A DNA stretch of 64,000 nucleotides from Betaproteobacteria bacterium (GTDB lineage: Bacteria > Pseudomonadota > Gammaproteobacteria > Burkholderiales > Burkholderiaceae). Shown piece by piece: positions 1 to 10,430 of this stretch. The notes beneath the pieces were generated by a model that searched no databases, was not told the DNA's origin, and saw only the letters and a list, made by a program, of their open reading frames with translations. Where the stretch lies: assembly GCA_037137465.1 (NCBI GenBank), contig JBAXKF010000002.1:12075-76074 (forward strand), in the 5' to 3' direction. Position numbers and translations under genes: made by a program. The number at the start of each line of letters is the position of its first letter. Position 1 is the first letter of the stretch.

Positions 1-468
1 GAAGTTCACCCAAGTTTCTTCCACTTCCTTTGTAAAAGGGTAGGCAAAATATAAATTTAATACCCCCAAGACTACAAAATACATAACCCACGATAAATTA
101 ACTTTTATCCAAATATTTTCATCAGCGCCGTCTTTTAATTTAATTTCTTTACCAAGAACCATTTGAATTAGATTTTTCTTGAAGAGATAAAAACTAACGG
201 CTAAAGCAAGAGCAAAACTCCAATAGAGGATGGTTGGCTTTACCATAATAAAAAATTGATCTTTGAGAAAAATAGTTAATCCTCCGAATGTCAAGATAAT
301 GAAGAAGTTAAACAATTGCATTTTACTGATTGGTTTATTTTGTGATTTCAACCAAATCATTTGTAAAACTGTGATTGCAATTGCGACCCCGGTAGCAACA
401 TAGATGTCGTAGACTTTAAAAGCAATAAAGAAAGCCAGAATAGGTAAAAATTCGGTGAGCAGTTTCAT
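1..468 (-). CDS. yciB: Intracellular septation protein A / inner-membrane protein YciB (3' part runs off the window)
   Basis: Not in the ORF track; translated by hand from ATG at 468: MKLLTEFLPILAFFIAFKVYDIYVATGVAIAITVLQMIW...IMVKPTILYW...W..F. Hydrophobic, has the KPT motif, and lies directly downstream of msrB. Confidence 0.9.
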   Translation of the reverse strand, partial: MKLLTEFLPILAFFIAFKVYDIYVATGVAIAITVLQMIWLKSQNKPISKMQLFNFFIILTFGGLTIFLKDQFFIMVKPTILYWSFALALAVSFYLFKKNLIQMVLGKEIKLKDGADENIWIKVNLSWVMYFVVLGVLNLYFAYPFTKEVEETWVNF

Positions 469-474
469 AGATAG

Positions 475-861
475 TTATTCTTCAGTCTTAAGTTTTAAAG
501 ATGCGGAATTAATGCAATAACGCAGTCCTGTAGGCTGCGGACCGTCATTAAACACATGGCCTAAATGCGCATCACACTCTTGACATCTCACTTCGGTGCG
601 AATCATGCCGTGTGTCATGTCTTTAACTTCTGCAATAGGAGCTCCCTCTGCTGGAATAAAAAAGCTTGGCCAACCACAGCCAGCATCAAATTTACTAGAT
701 GAATCGAAAAGTTGGGCATCACAGCATATGCACCGATAGACGCCATTTGTCCAGACATCCCAATATTTACCGGTAAAAGGTCTTTCAGTAGCTGATTTTC
801 TAGTTACTTCATACTCGATTGGCGCTAGTTGCGTTTTGTACTCATGATCAGTTTTCTTCAT
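475..861 (-). CDS. msrB: Peptide-methionine (R)-S-oxide reductase
   Basis: TERPFTG, two CxxC Zn motifs, [26 protein letters not shown]. Confidence 0.97.
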   Translation of the reverse strand: MKKTDHEYKTQLAPIEYEVTRKSATERPFTGKYWDVWTNGVYRCICCDAQLFDSSSKFDAGCGWPSFFIPAEGAPIAEVKDMTHGMIRTEVRCQECDAHLGHVFNDGPQPTGLRYCINSASLKLKTEE

Positions 862-948
862 AAAATTGCCTAGTAAGTAGTTATTTAAGTAATATAGGTC
901 TTAATTATAAATTTTAAATAAATTAAAAAGTTATTGTGGAGATAGGTA

Positions 949-2604
949 ATGGTTTACTCAACTGATTCAAAAGGAAACTTTGGGCAAATGATGGATTGTC
1001 CAATGCTTATCTCTTCTATTATAAGTTCTGCTGCAAGACATCATTCGCAATGTCAAATTGTTTCTAAGTCGGCGGAAGGGGATATCCATCGATATTCCAC
1101 CCCAGACCTTCAATTACGCGCTAAAAAATTAGCGCAATCTTTACAAAAACTAAATCTTAAACAAGGTTCTAGAGTAGCTACCTTAGCGTGGAATGGATAC
1201 CGACATTTAGAAATTTATTATGGTGTTTCAGGAAGTGGTCTGGTTTGTCATACGATTAATCCGAGACTATTTTCTGATCAAATAGCCTATATCATTCAAC
1301 ATGCGCAAGACGAGGTTGTATTTTTTGATATCAGTTTTTTGTCGTTAATTGAAGGGCTAGCGCCTTTATGTCCATCTGTTAAGTACTGGGTTTGTTTAAT
1401 CAATCCAAATCAGCAACCGCAGAGTTCACAAAAGCTTTTTAATTATGAAGAATTGATTGCTGCTGAAAATGGGCACTATGAATGGCCATTGCTTGATGAA
1501 AGAAGTGCCTCAAGTCTATGTTATACCTCAGGCACAACAGGCAATCCGAAGGGGGCTCTTTATAGCCACCGCTCTACAGTAATGCACTCGTATGCGACTG
1601 CATTGCCAGATTCATTATGTTTATCGGCAATGGATATTATTATGCCCGTAGTCCCCATGTTTCATGTGAATGCGTGGGGACTCCCATATTCTGCTTTAGT
1701 CGTTGGCGCTCAATTAGTTTTTCCTGGATCTAAATTAGATGGGCAATCCTTGTATGAGCTTATCGAGTCTGAGAAAGTCACCTTGTCTGCTGGGGTTCCT
1801 ACAGTATGGGCTGGTGTTTTACAACATATGAAAACACATGACTTACGATTCTCCAACTTTAAGCGGGTCCTCATTGGTGGCTCAGCATGTCCACCAGCAA
1901 TGATGCAGACATTCGCACAATATGGTGTTGAAGTAATTCATGCATGGGGTATGACCGAATTATCTCCTATCGGAACAGTTGCTCGATTACGCGCAACTGA
2001 TGTCCATAAAACGCCTGTTGAACAAGAAAAAATCTTACAAAAACAAGGCCGAGTAATTTTTGGGGTTGATATGAAGATTGTCGATGATCAACATCAGGAG
2101 TTACCTCATGATGGGGTAGCATTTGGTGATCTCTATGTCAGGGGACCATGGGTAATTAACCAATACTTCAAGACCTTGGATAGTGCTTTAGTGGACGATT
2201 GGTTTCCTACTGGTGATGTCGCCAATATAGATGCTCAGGGTAATATGCAAATTACCGACCGTAGTAAAGATGTCATTAAATCAGGTGGTGAGTGGATTTC
2301 TTCAATCGATATTGAAAATATTGCCTCAGGCCATCCAGAAGTCATGATGGCAGCCTGTATTGCTATTACCCACCCAAAATGGGATGAACGTCCTTTATTA
2401 GTGATAGAAAAAAAGCCTAATCATCAATTATCAGATCAGGAATTAAAAGACCAACTGTTAAAGTACTTTGAGGGCAAGATTGCCAAATGGTGGACACCAG
2501 ATGATGTTGTTTTCGTAGAAAAAATTCCACTTACGGCAACTGGTAAAATGCAAAAGCTCAAACTGAGAGAACAATTTAAAGAGTATCAACTCCCGACTAT
2601 ATGA
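949..2604 (+). CDS. Medium/long-chain fatty-acid--CoA ligase (AlkK/DmdB-like ANL family)
   Basis: AMP-binding [51 protein letters not shown]. Confidence 0.92.
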   Translation: MVYSTDSKGNFGQMMDCPMLISSIISSAARHHSQCQIVSKSAEGDIHRYSTPDLQLRAKKLAQSLQKLNLKQGSRVATLAWNGYRHLEIYYGVSGSGLVCHTINPRLFSDQIAYIIQHAQDEVVFFDISFLSLIEGLAPLCPSVKYWVCLINPNQQPQSSQKLFNYEELIAAENGHYEWPLLDERSASSLCYTSGTTGNPKGALYSHRSTVMHSYATALPDSLCLSAMDIIMPVVPMFHVNAWGLPYSALVVGAQLVFPGSKLDGQSLYELIESEKVTLSAGVPTVWAGVLQHMKTHDLRFSNFKRVLIGGSACPPAMMQTFAQYGVEVIHAWGMTELSPIGTVARLRATDVHKTPVEQEKILQKQGRVIFGVDMKIVDDQHQELPHDGVAFGDLYVRGPWVINQYFKTLDSALVDDWFPTGDVANIDAQGNMQITDRSKDVIKSGGEWISSIDIENIASGHPEVMMAACIAITHPKWDERPLLVIEKKPNHQLSDQELKDQLLKYFEGKIAKWWTPDDVVFVEKIPLTATGKMQKLKLREQFKEYQLPTI

Positions 2605-3017
2605 CACAAAATTTAACGGCAATACCCTTAGACGTACCATTTCTGCAGCTCCTAGGCGTGCAATTTGTCAAAATGTCTGACGGCATTGGAGAAATAGAAT
2701 TAGTCATTGAGAAAAAACATACGAATTCATGGTCAGTCGCTCATGGTGGAGTTTTGTTGACGCTTGTAGATGCTGCAATGGCTATTGCTGCAAGATCTGC
2801 TGATGCTAATGACCGAAGTGTGGTGACAATTGAGTTGAAGAATAGCTTTATGCAAGCCGCTCAGGGGCAGGTTAAAGTAATCGGGAAAGTGGTCCATCAA
2901 TCAACAACAATGGCCTTTTGTGAAGCCAGGGTATTTGATGAGCATGAGAAGTTATGCTGTTTAGCAACGGGTACTTTTAAATACTTTAAAAATCTCCCTG
3001 CACGTCCTCAAAAATAA
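2601..3017 (+). CDS. PaaI-family hot-dog thioesterase
   Basis: N...AHGGVLLTLVDAAM motif; ATGA overlap with the ligase. Confidence 0.88.
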   Translation: MTQNLTAIPLDVPFLQLLGVQFVKMSDGIGEIELVIEKKHTNSWSVAHGGVLLTLVDAAMAIAARSADANDRSVVTIELKNSFMQAAQGQVKVIGKVVHQSTTMAFCEARVFDEHEKLCCLATGTFKYFKNLPARPQK

Positions 3018-3025
3018 GTGAATTA

Positions 3026-3877
3026 CTAACGATCGATCTGCTCAGAGCGCTGTAATTGACCTTCAACGGAAGTGCTTTCATATTTATCTGATTGATCAAA
3101 ACGTCTTTCAATCATCTGAAAACTACCGTCTTTGCGGATGCGTAGTAATGTACTAGAGCGAGTGCCGTAATGCTCAGTTTTAATAAAAATAGGGGAGAGT
3201 GCCCTTTCCCAATCTTGATTCACACCGGTGGTGGGTAATTCAGAGTCAGGAAATGCCGAAGGATTATTGAGGAATTTAAAGTAATGCTCTGGATGGTTAA
3301 ATTTTCCTTGATCCATCGCAATTGCTTGAGCAAACTGCGCAACACCTTGGCGAACTTTTGGCCATGGAGTATCTAACATTGCATTGGATAAACCATAAAT
3401 ACCCGGATCAATTGTGACAGGGTGAACAACTTTCCGTTGTCGTATCTTATCCCCCATTAACATACGATTACTAGTCCAAGATAATTGTGGATTTTCAGGC
3501 TTGCTTAAATCAGCTGTTAATAAATTAAAACCGTTGTATTGCATAAAAGATTTTTGTTGTGCTTGAATAAACTCATCGATGGACAGTTTTTGAGATAGAA
3601 ACTTAGCAGTTAATTCACCCCGAGTTCTCAGATCAGGATTTTTTTCACTAGGCGCGCGGATATTTGTAATAGCTGAAAATTTACCATCCAAGGAGAGGCC
3701 TAAGGCAGTTCCGCGCATGCCAAGAACATCGGCATTATCTCTTGAGCCTAAAATGGTTTGATGATCTGTCCACCAATCGAGGGCTTGTGTGGGTCTTTCA
3801 TAGAACTCATCTCGATTAGCCGCCACAACGAGAGAGTAATCAGGATGAGAGTTCCAGGAGAAAAGTATCAAACACAT
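3026..3877 (-). CDS. NRDE/TANGO2 family protein
   Basis: MCLILF...ANRDEFYERPT N-terminus; YGLSNA.LDTPWPKV; YGTRSST. Confidence 0.92.
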   Translation of the reverse strand: MCLILFSWNSHPDYSLVVAANRDEFYERPTQALDWWTDHQTILGSRDNADVLGMRGTALGLSLDGKFSAITNIRAPSEKNPDLRTRGELTAKFLSQKLSIDEFIQAQQKSFMQYNGFNLLTADLSKPENPQLSWTSNRMLMGDKIRQRKVVHPVTIDPGIYGLSNAMLDTPWPKVRQGVAQFAQAIAMDQGKFNHPEHYFKFLNNPSAFPDSELPTTGVNQDWERALSPIFIKTEHYGTRSSTLLRIRKDGSFQMIERRFDQSDKYESTSVEGQLQRSEQIDR

Positions 3878-3881
3878 AAGA

Positions 3882-4793
3882 CTAAATAGTAATTAATGGA
3901 TAGGGTGGTTCAAAAATATGGATATAACTTGATTGCTTTGATGGATTAATTAAAAAATAAAGATGTGATGAAGTTTCTGATATTTTTAATTCTATTTGGC
4001 AATAATACCTATGATTTGAGATATTAAAACTAGATAAAACCACTACTCCACAGGGTTGTTCCGGATCATTTTCAGAGAAAACTTCCATCCCGGGTCGGAC
4101 TGAAAAGGGTGTATTCGTTTCCACGTCGAGGTATGCAAGTTTTAAACGTCGTTTAATGCTGCCAAGGTACTGACTTCTAGCAACGATTTCTTGACCAGGG
4201 TAGCAACCTTTTTGAAAGTCTACGCCACCTATAGATTCAAAATTAATCATTTGAGGGACAAATAGGTCTTTCGTTATTTCTGAAATTCTTGGTATACCAC
4301 TGTGCACCTCTAAAAGAGACCAAAGGTTTTGATCTTGAATATCCTCATCAACCTGACCAGAAGAATGGGCTACAAGGCGCCGGTAATACTGAACTTCTTC
4401 ATACAAAACTGGTGGCAAATCACAGAAAACATCTTTCGAGGTTTCAAAGGATGATGTACTGATGTGACCAAAGATAGAGAATTGTTCTTCAAGCTGGGTA
4501 ATTTCAAGCTTCGAACGAAGACGATACATGGTTAACTTCTTGGTAAATTCATGGGAAATATCCCTACTTATCCATAAAAAATAAGCGTGTTCTTCAGGAT
4601 GACTTACCCAAAAAGTGGCTAATAATCTCCCTTTTGGTGAACAAAAGCCTGATAGATGTTGATGACCGATTGATAAATTGAGAATGTTATTCGTCAATAA
4701 ATTTTGTAAAAAAGCACCTGCATCTTGACCTGTGACTTTGATCAAGCTCCACTCAGGAAGAACAGTTATTAAACTTGTATTAGTATTAGTCAT
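3882..4793 (-). CDS. ygfZ: Folate-binding Fe-S repair / tRNA-modification protein YgfZ
   Basis: KGCYPGQEIVAR signature; G.DA..FLQNLLTN N-terminus. Confidence 0.93.
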   Translation of the reverse strand: MTNTNTSLITVLPEWSLIKVTGQDAGAFLQNLLTNNILNLSIGHQHLSGFCSPKGRLLATFWVSHPEEHAYFLWISRDISHEFTKKLTMYRLRSKLEITQLEEQFSIFGHISTSSFETSKDVFCDLPPVLYEEVQYYRRLVAHSSGQVDEDIQDQNLWSLLEVHSGIPRISEITKDLFVPQMINFESIGGVDFQKGCYPGQEIVARSQYLGSIKRRLKLAYLDVETNTPFSVRPGMEVFSENDPEQPCGVVVLSSFNISNHRYYCQIELKISETSSHLYFLINPSKQSSYIHIFEPPYPLITI

Positions 4794-4841
4794 TCGTCCT
4801 ATTATCTATTGTTTTCAAGTTTTTGGCTAAAGTTATCGCAC

Positions 4842-4850
4842 TGTTAAAAT
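4842..4850 (+). promoter_or_regulatory. Extended -10 promoter element (TGtTAAAAT) upstream of tmk
   Basis: tgttaaaat ends 17 nt before the tmk ATG, in the divergent ygfZ/tmk spacer. Confidence 0.5.
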
Positions 4851-4867
4851 GAATATCTAAATCTTGT

Positions 4868-5524
4868 ATGAAGACTCTAACTCCTTATTATTCTGGATCA
4901 TTTTTCTCTTTTGAAGGGATAGATGGCGCCGGCAAAAGTACCCATATTCAGTATTTTTCTGAGGAACTTGCACGTCGTTTTCCTGATAAAAAAATAATCT
5001 TAACAAGAGAGCCTGGTGGCACTCCATTAGGTGAAAAATTAAGACAAAGTCTTTTAAATGAATCGATGGATATCCGTACTGAAGCTTTGCTCATGTTTGC
5101 TAGTCGTCAAGAGCATCTATCAACAGTAATTGAGCCGGCGCTTATCCGTGGTGACATTGTTATTTCTGACCGTTTTACAGACTCATCGTTTGCTTATCAA
5201 TGCGGCGGTAGGGGACTTTCTATTGGTGATTTAGATGTACTGGAAAAATGGGTTCAAACAAGAGAGCATGGTCAACAGTCATTTTTACTTGAACCCCAAT
5301 TAACATTCTTATTTGACTTATCGGCAGAGGTCGCACAACAAAGGCGAAGTGCTACAAGAAATCCAGATAAATTCGAAGAGCTTGATGTTGATTTTTTTAA
5401 TCGTGTGCGAAATGAATATTTAAGACGCGCATCACAAAGTCGGGAAAGATTTGTGATGATTGATTCAAGCCAATCTATACAAGATATCCAACAACAATTG
5501 AAAACATCTATTGCCCAGCTATGA
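4868..5524 (+). CDS. tmk: Thymidylate kinase
   Basis: FEGIDGAGKST P-loop; TREPGGT; DRFTDSSFAYQ. Confidence 0.97.
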   Translation: MKTLTPYYSGSFFSFEGIDGAGKSTHIQYFSEELARRFPDKKIILTREPGGTPLGEKLRQSLLNESMDIRTEALLMFASRQEHLSTVIEPALIRGDIVISDRFTDSSFAYQCGGRGLSIGDLDVLEKWVQTREHGQQSFLLEPQLTFLFDLSAEVAQQRRSATRNPDKFEELDVDFFNRVRNEYLRRASQSRERFVMIDSSQSIQDIQQQLKTSIAQL

Positions 5525-6570
5525 CAACTCATAGCGCTATTTCTGAGGAGTCCTATTTATACCCATGGCAAAAGGGACTCTTTCATGAACTCATTCAACA
5601 CCAAATACCTCATTCGCTGTTGTTATTTGGTCAAAAAGATATTGGTAAGTTAAAGTTTGGCTTAGAGCTCGCAAACTATCTATTATGCGAATCTTCTGAT
5701 CAAAAGCCTTGTGGCGTCTGCGATGCTTGCCATTGGGTAAAGCAGGGTAGTCACCCTGATTTATTTATCGTTCTTCCGCAAAATCTCAGGCATCTGCTGC
5801 CTTTTGAGATTGAAAACGATGCTGACCTAGAAGATGCTGACGAAAAAAAGCAAAGTAAAGTTATTCGTATTGAGCAAATACGCCACGTTATTTCTAGTAA
5901 TGAACTAGGGTCTTATCGGGGAGGTAAAAGGGTAGTTCTTATATATCCGATCGAAAGTATGCAAATCGAAGCAGCAAATTGTCTTTTGAAAACACTAGAA
6001 GAGCCTTCAAGTAATCTTCATTTTGTTTTAATCACCCATCAATTAGAGAGAATTTTGCCTACCATTCGTTCGCGCTGTCTTTTATTCTCAATACCTAAAC
6101 CCCCCATCAATGAAGCGATCAGTTGGTTAAGTACTCAATTACCGGACAAGTGGACAGCGCCTCTCTTGGCACAACGTCTATCGCTGCACTCTGGTGCGCC
6201 ACTTAAAGTCATGGCATCTATTAACGATAAAGCACTTGATGAGTCAATTATTACCAATCAATTAGCAAAATTCAAATCTTTACATACGGGTGAGATAATT
6301 GATTTGTTAAGTCAAAACTCTATTTTGGAAATTTTGAATTGTATTTTGAAATGGTCTTTTGATCTGAATCTTGTTTTATTTGGACAACAGGTACGGTACT
6401 TTCCTCAGTTTGAGGAGAAGATGAAATCGTCTTGTTTAGCGATGAATAAGATTCACTTTCAACAATTTTTATCCGGTCTTAAGGATGATCTGCGATTGGC
6501 TAATCACCCACTGTTTCCGAAAGTACAACTTGAAGCTGTTTTAATGAAATACACTCAGCTGTTTAAATAA
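5521..6570 (+). CDS. holB: DNA polymerase III delta' subunit
   Basis: Zn motif C...PCGVCDAC, HPD, AANCLLKTLEEP, PTIRSRC; follows tmk. Confidence 0.95.
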   Translation: MTTHSAISEESYLYPWQKGLFHELIQHQIPHSLLLFGQKDIGKLKFGLELANYLLCESSDQKPCGVCDACHWVKQGSHPDLFIVLPQNLRHLLPFEIENDADLEDADEKKQSKVIRIEQIRHVISSNELGSYRGGKRVVLIYPIESMQIEAANCLLKTLEEPSSNLHFVLITHQLERILPTIRSRCLLFSIPKPPINEAISWLSTQLPDKWTAPLLAQRLSLHSGAPLKVMASINDKALDESIITNQLAKFKSLHTGEIIDLLSQNSILEILNCILKWSFDLNLVLFGQQVRYFPQFEEKMKSSCLAMNKIHFQQFLSGLKDDLRLANHPLFPKVQLEAVLMKYTQLFK

Positions 6571-6572
6571 TT

Positions 6573-7346
6573 ATGTTTATTGATTCCCATTGCCATTTAG
6601 ATTTTGATGAATACGCCAATCAGTTGGATGATATTTTGCTCAATATGAAGAATGCTTCAGTTGAAAAAGCTCTATGCATCAGTGTTGACATACCCGACTA
6701 TCCCAAAGTTTTGTCATTAGCAACCCAATATCCACACTTGTACGCATCGGTTGGTGTTCATCCAGATTATGAAGATACTCCTGAGCCCACTAAAGAGTGG
6801 TTAGTTAGCCAAGCGCAAAACCCTAAAGTTATCGCTATTGGAGAGACTGGGCTTGACTATTACAGAATGAGTGATCGTTCTTATGAGTCATTAGAATGGC
6901 AAAGAAATCGTTTCCGAACCCATATTCAGGCAGCCTTAGAATCTAAACGACCTCTTATTATTCATACCCGTGCTGCCTCAGACGATACGATTAGAATTTT
7001 AAAAGAAGAGGGGGCTGACCAAGTGGGTGGGGTAATGCATTGTTTTACTGAGTCTAAAGCAGTTGCACAAGCCGCTATTGACCTTGGTTTTTACATATCC
7101 TTTTCTGGGATTGTTACATTCAAAAATGCGCTTGAAATCAAAGAAACATGTAAGTTTGTCCCCCTTGATCGCTTATTGATAGAAACGGATTCTCCCTATT
7201 TAGCTCCAGTACCTCATCGGGGTAAAGTGAATCAACCGGCGTGGGTTAGTCATGTCGCCCAATATGTTGCTGAATTAAAAGGGATTCCTGTGGAAGATCT
7301 CGGTGAGATCACCTCTCGTAATTTTCACCAATTATTTAACATTTAG
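6573..7346 (+). CDS. tatD: TatD-family hydrolase (YcfH-like)
   Basis: IDSHCHLD, IGETGLDY, HTR, HCF, ETDSPYLAP. Confidence 0.93.
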   Translation: MFIDSHCHLDFDEYANQLDDILLNMKNASVEKALCISVDIPDYPKVLSLATQYPHLYASVGVHPDYEDTPEPTKEWLVSQAQNPKVIAIGETGLDYYRMSDRSYESLEWQRNRFRTHIQAALESKRPLIIHTRAASDDTIRILKEEGADQVGGVMHCFTESKAVAQAAIDLGFYISFSGIVTFKNALEIKETCKFVPLDRLLIETDSPYLAPVPHRGKVNQPAWVSHVAQYVAELKGIPVEDLGEITSRNFHQLFNI

Positions 7347-7353
7347 GTTTTTT

Positions 7354-8052
7354 ATGCGTTTACTACCCATATTTTTTACTTGTATTGGCATTTTCTTTAC
7401 AACATCTCTTTATGCTCAGAATTCGAAAGATGAAGTTATCCCTGAAATAGACACCTTTTTTCGATATATTAGCTTTGATGATGTAGAGGGAGTAAAAAAA
7501 TCATTAAAAAACAAGGATTTAAGTCCTAATATCTTAAGTAAGTATGGTGATGCAGCATTACCTTATGCGGTAAAAGAAGATTCCTACAAAGTATTTAAGT
7601 ATCTATTGCAAGTCCCTGATATTGATATTGATATGGAAAATAAAAGTACTGAAAATGCCGTGATGATGCTGGCTTTTAAAGGTAAGTTAGATCTTATCAA
7701 AATGATGGTTGATGATTTAGGTGCAGAACCCGATAAGGACGGATGGGCTCCATTGCATTATGCAGCGACTAATGGTCATTTAGATGTCGTTCAATACCTA
7801 ATCAGTAAGGAAGTTGACGTTGATGCTCAAAGTCCTAGTGATACAACGCCTTTAATGATGGCGGCGAGATATGGCCATATTAAAGTGGTTAAATATCTCT
7901 TGGACCATGATGCTGATCTTTCTATGCACAATACACAAGATCTAACTGCCATTGATTTTGCTTTAATGAATAACCAGAAGGAAATTGCTGATGGTCTAAG
8001 ATCGCGTTGGAAGAAGTTATATGGCACTGATTATGTAATGAAGCCTAAATGA
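7354..8052 (+). CDS. Exported ankyrin-repeat protein
   Basis: Probable start at ATG 7354 gives an N-terminal signal peptide (MRLLPIFFTCIGIFFTTSLYA). Ankyrin repeats: GWAPLHYAATNGHLDVVQYLI, TTPLMMAARYGHIKVVKYLL. Confidence 0.88.
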   Translation: MRLLPIFFTCIGIFFTTSLYAQNSKDEVIPEIDTFFRYISFDDVEGVKKSLKNKDLSPNILSKYGDAALPYAVKEDSYKVFKYLLQVPDIDIDMENKSTENAVMMLAFKGKLDLIKMMVDDLGAEPDKDGWAPLHYAATNGHLDVVQYLISKEVDVDAQSPSDTTPLMMAARYGHIKVVKYLLDHDADLSMHNTQDLTAIDFALMNNQKEIADGLRSRWKKLYGTDYVMKPK

Positions 8053-8129
8053 CTGTCCTAGAAGTAAGATAGTTATTGCGTATAATAATTATTATGTTAA
8101 ATAAGATATATCTCAGAGAAAGTACCTAA

Positions 8130-8528
8130 ATGAAGTTTCTACACACCATGCTCAGGGTTACTGACCTACCAGCTTCTATAGCCTTTTACACTGAGGTTTT
8201 GGGGATGAATTTAATCAGAACAACTGACCGTCCAGATCAGCAATATACTTTGGCATTTTTGGGTTATGGTCTAGGAAATAAAGAGAACCAAGGTGAAATT
8301 GAACTAACCTATAACTATGGGGTTGATCAATATGAGCATGGGGGTTTTTTCGGACACCTTGCCCTTGGGGTTGAAAACGTCGCTCTTACCTGCGAAAAGA
8401 TCAGAGAAAAAGGCGGCAAAGTGACTCGTGAAGCTGGTCCAGTCAAGGGTGGTAATACGATTATTGCCTTTGTTGAAGACCCTAATGGCTATAAAATCGA
8501 ATTAATTCAACTGGGGTCTCACGGATGA
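8130..8528 (+). CDS. gloA: Lactoylglutathione lyase (glyoxalase I)
   Basis: [32 protein letters not shown]. Confidence 0.95.
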   Translation: MKFLHTMLRVTDLPASIAFYTEVLGMNLIRTTDRPDQQYTLAFLGYGLGNKENQGEIELTYNYGVDQYEHGGFFGHLALGVENVALTCEKIREKGGKVTREAGPVKGGNTIIAFVEDPNGYKIELIQLGSHG

Positions 8529-8737
8529 GCGACGATTTTGGTTCAAATGCCTTTGAAAATGTAGATTCACCGTGTATTGGTATCTGCTCAACCTTATTTG
8601 ATGATGTGTGCAAGGGTTGTGGTCGCACTATTCTTGAAGTTTCAAACTGGGTAGCTATGACTCCGGAAGAAAAAAAGTCTGTTTGGGTGCGTATTACCCA
8701 AGAAGCAAGCGCAATGAGATTTAAGAATCCAGATTAA
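8525..8737 (+). CDS. DUF1289 small Cys-rich protein
   Basis: SPCIGICS....[11 protein letters not shown] pattern. Confidence 0.85.
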   Translation: MSDDFGSNAFENVDSPCIGICSTLFDDVCKGCGRTILEVSNWVAMTPEEKKSVWVRITQEASAMRFKNPD

Positions 8738-8739
8738 TA

Positions 8740-10347
8740 TTAGTTCTCAAGACCTTGATTGGTAAGGTATTCTTCATAAGATCCAGAGAAGTCGTTAATC
8801 GTTCCATCCATTTGAACTTCTAGAATGCGATTTGCTAGACCTGAGACAAACTCGCGATCATGGGATACAAATATCAATGTTCCCTTAAATTTTTCAAGCG
8901 CAATTTGCATACTTTCAATCGACTCCATATCCATATGATTTGTCGGTTCATCAAGGGCCAAGACATTGTGTCTTCCAAGCATCAATTTACCCCAAATCAT
9001 CCTGCCTTTTTCACCACCCGAAATAACTTTGACGGATTTAGTGATTTCTGGCCCGGAGAATAATAGTCGACCTAAAATGCTGCGAATAGCCTGATCATCG
9101 TCACCAGGCTTTGCCCAAAGACCCATCCAGTCGGATAAATTCATGTCTTTAGGAAAGCTTTCATTAGTGTCTTGGGGCATTATCCCGACATCTGCATTTT
9201 CCGCCCACCGTACTTTTCCGTGATCTGTAGCATGACCATTAAAGCGTTCACTCAGTATCGTATTTAAAAGGGTCGTCTTCCCTGCTCCATTTTGTCCAAT
9301 AATGGCAATTTTTTCGCCAGGTTGAATAGCAAGGTTGAAGTTTTTAAAAATAGTGCGATCGTACTCTTTAGTAATGCCTTCACACTCGACCACAATATTG
9401 TGCAAAACCTTTTCTAGTTCAAAACGGATAAATGGGTTTTGACGTGAAGATGGCTTAATATCCGCAACTTCAATTTTTTCGAGTTGACGTTGTCTTGATG
9501 TCGCTTGACGCGCCTTTGATTTGTTAGCTGAAAATCGCCTCACAAAGTCTTGTAACTCTGAAATTTTATCTTTGGCTTTTGCGTTATCCGACATTTGCTG
9601 TGCTCGTGCTTGAGCTGATGCAAGCATATAGTCGTCATAATTGCCTGGATAAACTCTTAATGTCCCAAAGTCCATATCAGCCATGTGGGTGCACACAGAG
9701 TTGAGGAAATGTCGGTCATGAGAAATAATCACCATGGTGCTGTTACGCTCGTTAAGAACATCTTCTAACCAATGAATCGTATGAATATCTAAGTTATTCG
9801 TTGGTTCATCTAACAGTAATACATCTGGGTCTGCAAATAAAGCTTGTGCTAATAAAACCCTGAGTTTCCAGCCTGGGGAAACAGCACTCATGAGGCCATG
9901 ATGTTGATCGATCGGCACTCCTACACCAAGTAAGAGCTCCCCTGCTTTTGCTTCTGCCGTATACCCACCATATTCTGCATATTTGGCTTCGAGTTCTGCC
10001 GCATGCATATAATCATCTTCAGATGCATCAGCATTTGCATAGATTGCATCACGCTCTTGTGCAGAGGCCCACATTTCTACATGGCCCATCATGACTACAT
10101 CTAATACCCGTAATTCTTCAAAGGCGAATTGATCTTGACGTAATTTACCTAAACGAATATTGGGCTCTAGCATCACATGCCCAGAAGAAGGCTCTAATTC
10201 GCCACCTAAAATTTTCATAAATGTAGATTTGCCACAACCGTTAGCGCCAATTAAGCCGTAGCGATTGCCACCACCAAATTTAACGGTGATATTTTCAAAC
10301 AAGGGCTTTTGCCCAAATTGCATGGTGATATTAGAAGTTGCTAGCAC
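8740..10347 (-). CDS. ybiT: ABC-F family ATPase (YbiT-like)
   Basis: Two ABC domains (GANGCGKST...LDEPTNNLD; GQNGAGKTT...LDEPTNHMD), no TM segments, GTG start. Confidence 0.88.
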   Translation of the reverse strand: MLATSNITMQFGQKPLFENITVKFGGGNRYGLIGANGCGKSTFMKILGGELEPSSGHVMLEPNIRLGKLRQDQFAFEELRVLDVVMMGHVEMWASAQERDAIYANADASEDDYMHAAELEAKYAEYGGYTAEAKAGELLLGVGVPIDQHHGLMSAVSPGWKLRVLLAQALFADPDVLLLDEPTNNLDIHTIHWLEDVLNERNSTMVIISHDRHFLNSVCTHMADMDFGTLRVYPGNYDDYMLASAQARAQQMSDNAKAKDKISELQDFVRRFSANKSKARQATSRQRQLEKIEVADIKPSSRQNPFIRFELEKVLHNIVVECEGITKEYDRTIFKNFNLAIQPGEKIAIIGQNGAGKTTLLNTILSERFNGHATDHGKVRWAENADVGIMPQDTNESFPKDMNLSDWMGLWAKPGDDDQAIRSILGRLLFSGPEITKSVKVISGGEKGRMIWGKLMLGRHNVLALDEPTNHMDMESIESMQIALEKFKGTLIFVSHDREFVSGLANRILEVQMDGTINDFSGSYEEYLTNQGLEN

Positions 10348-10430
10348 GTGAGAACTCAGAAAAAATTAGATTGAACGCCAATGAAGTTTTCTATTTTAGC
10401 ATTTGCTGATTAATCTTATACAAGCGGCAA

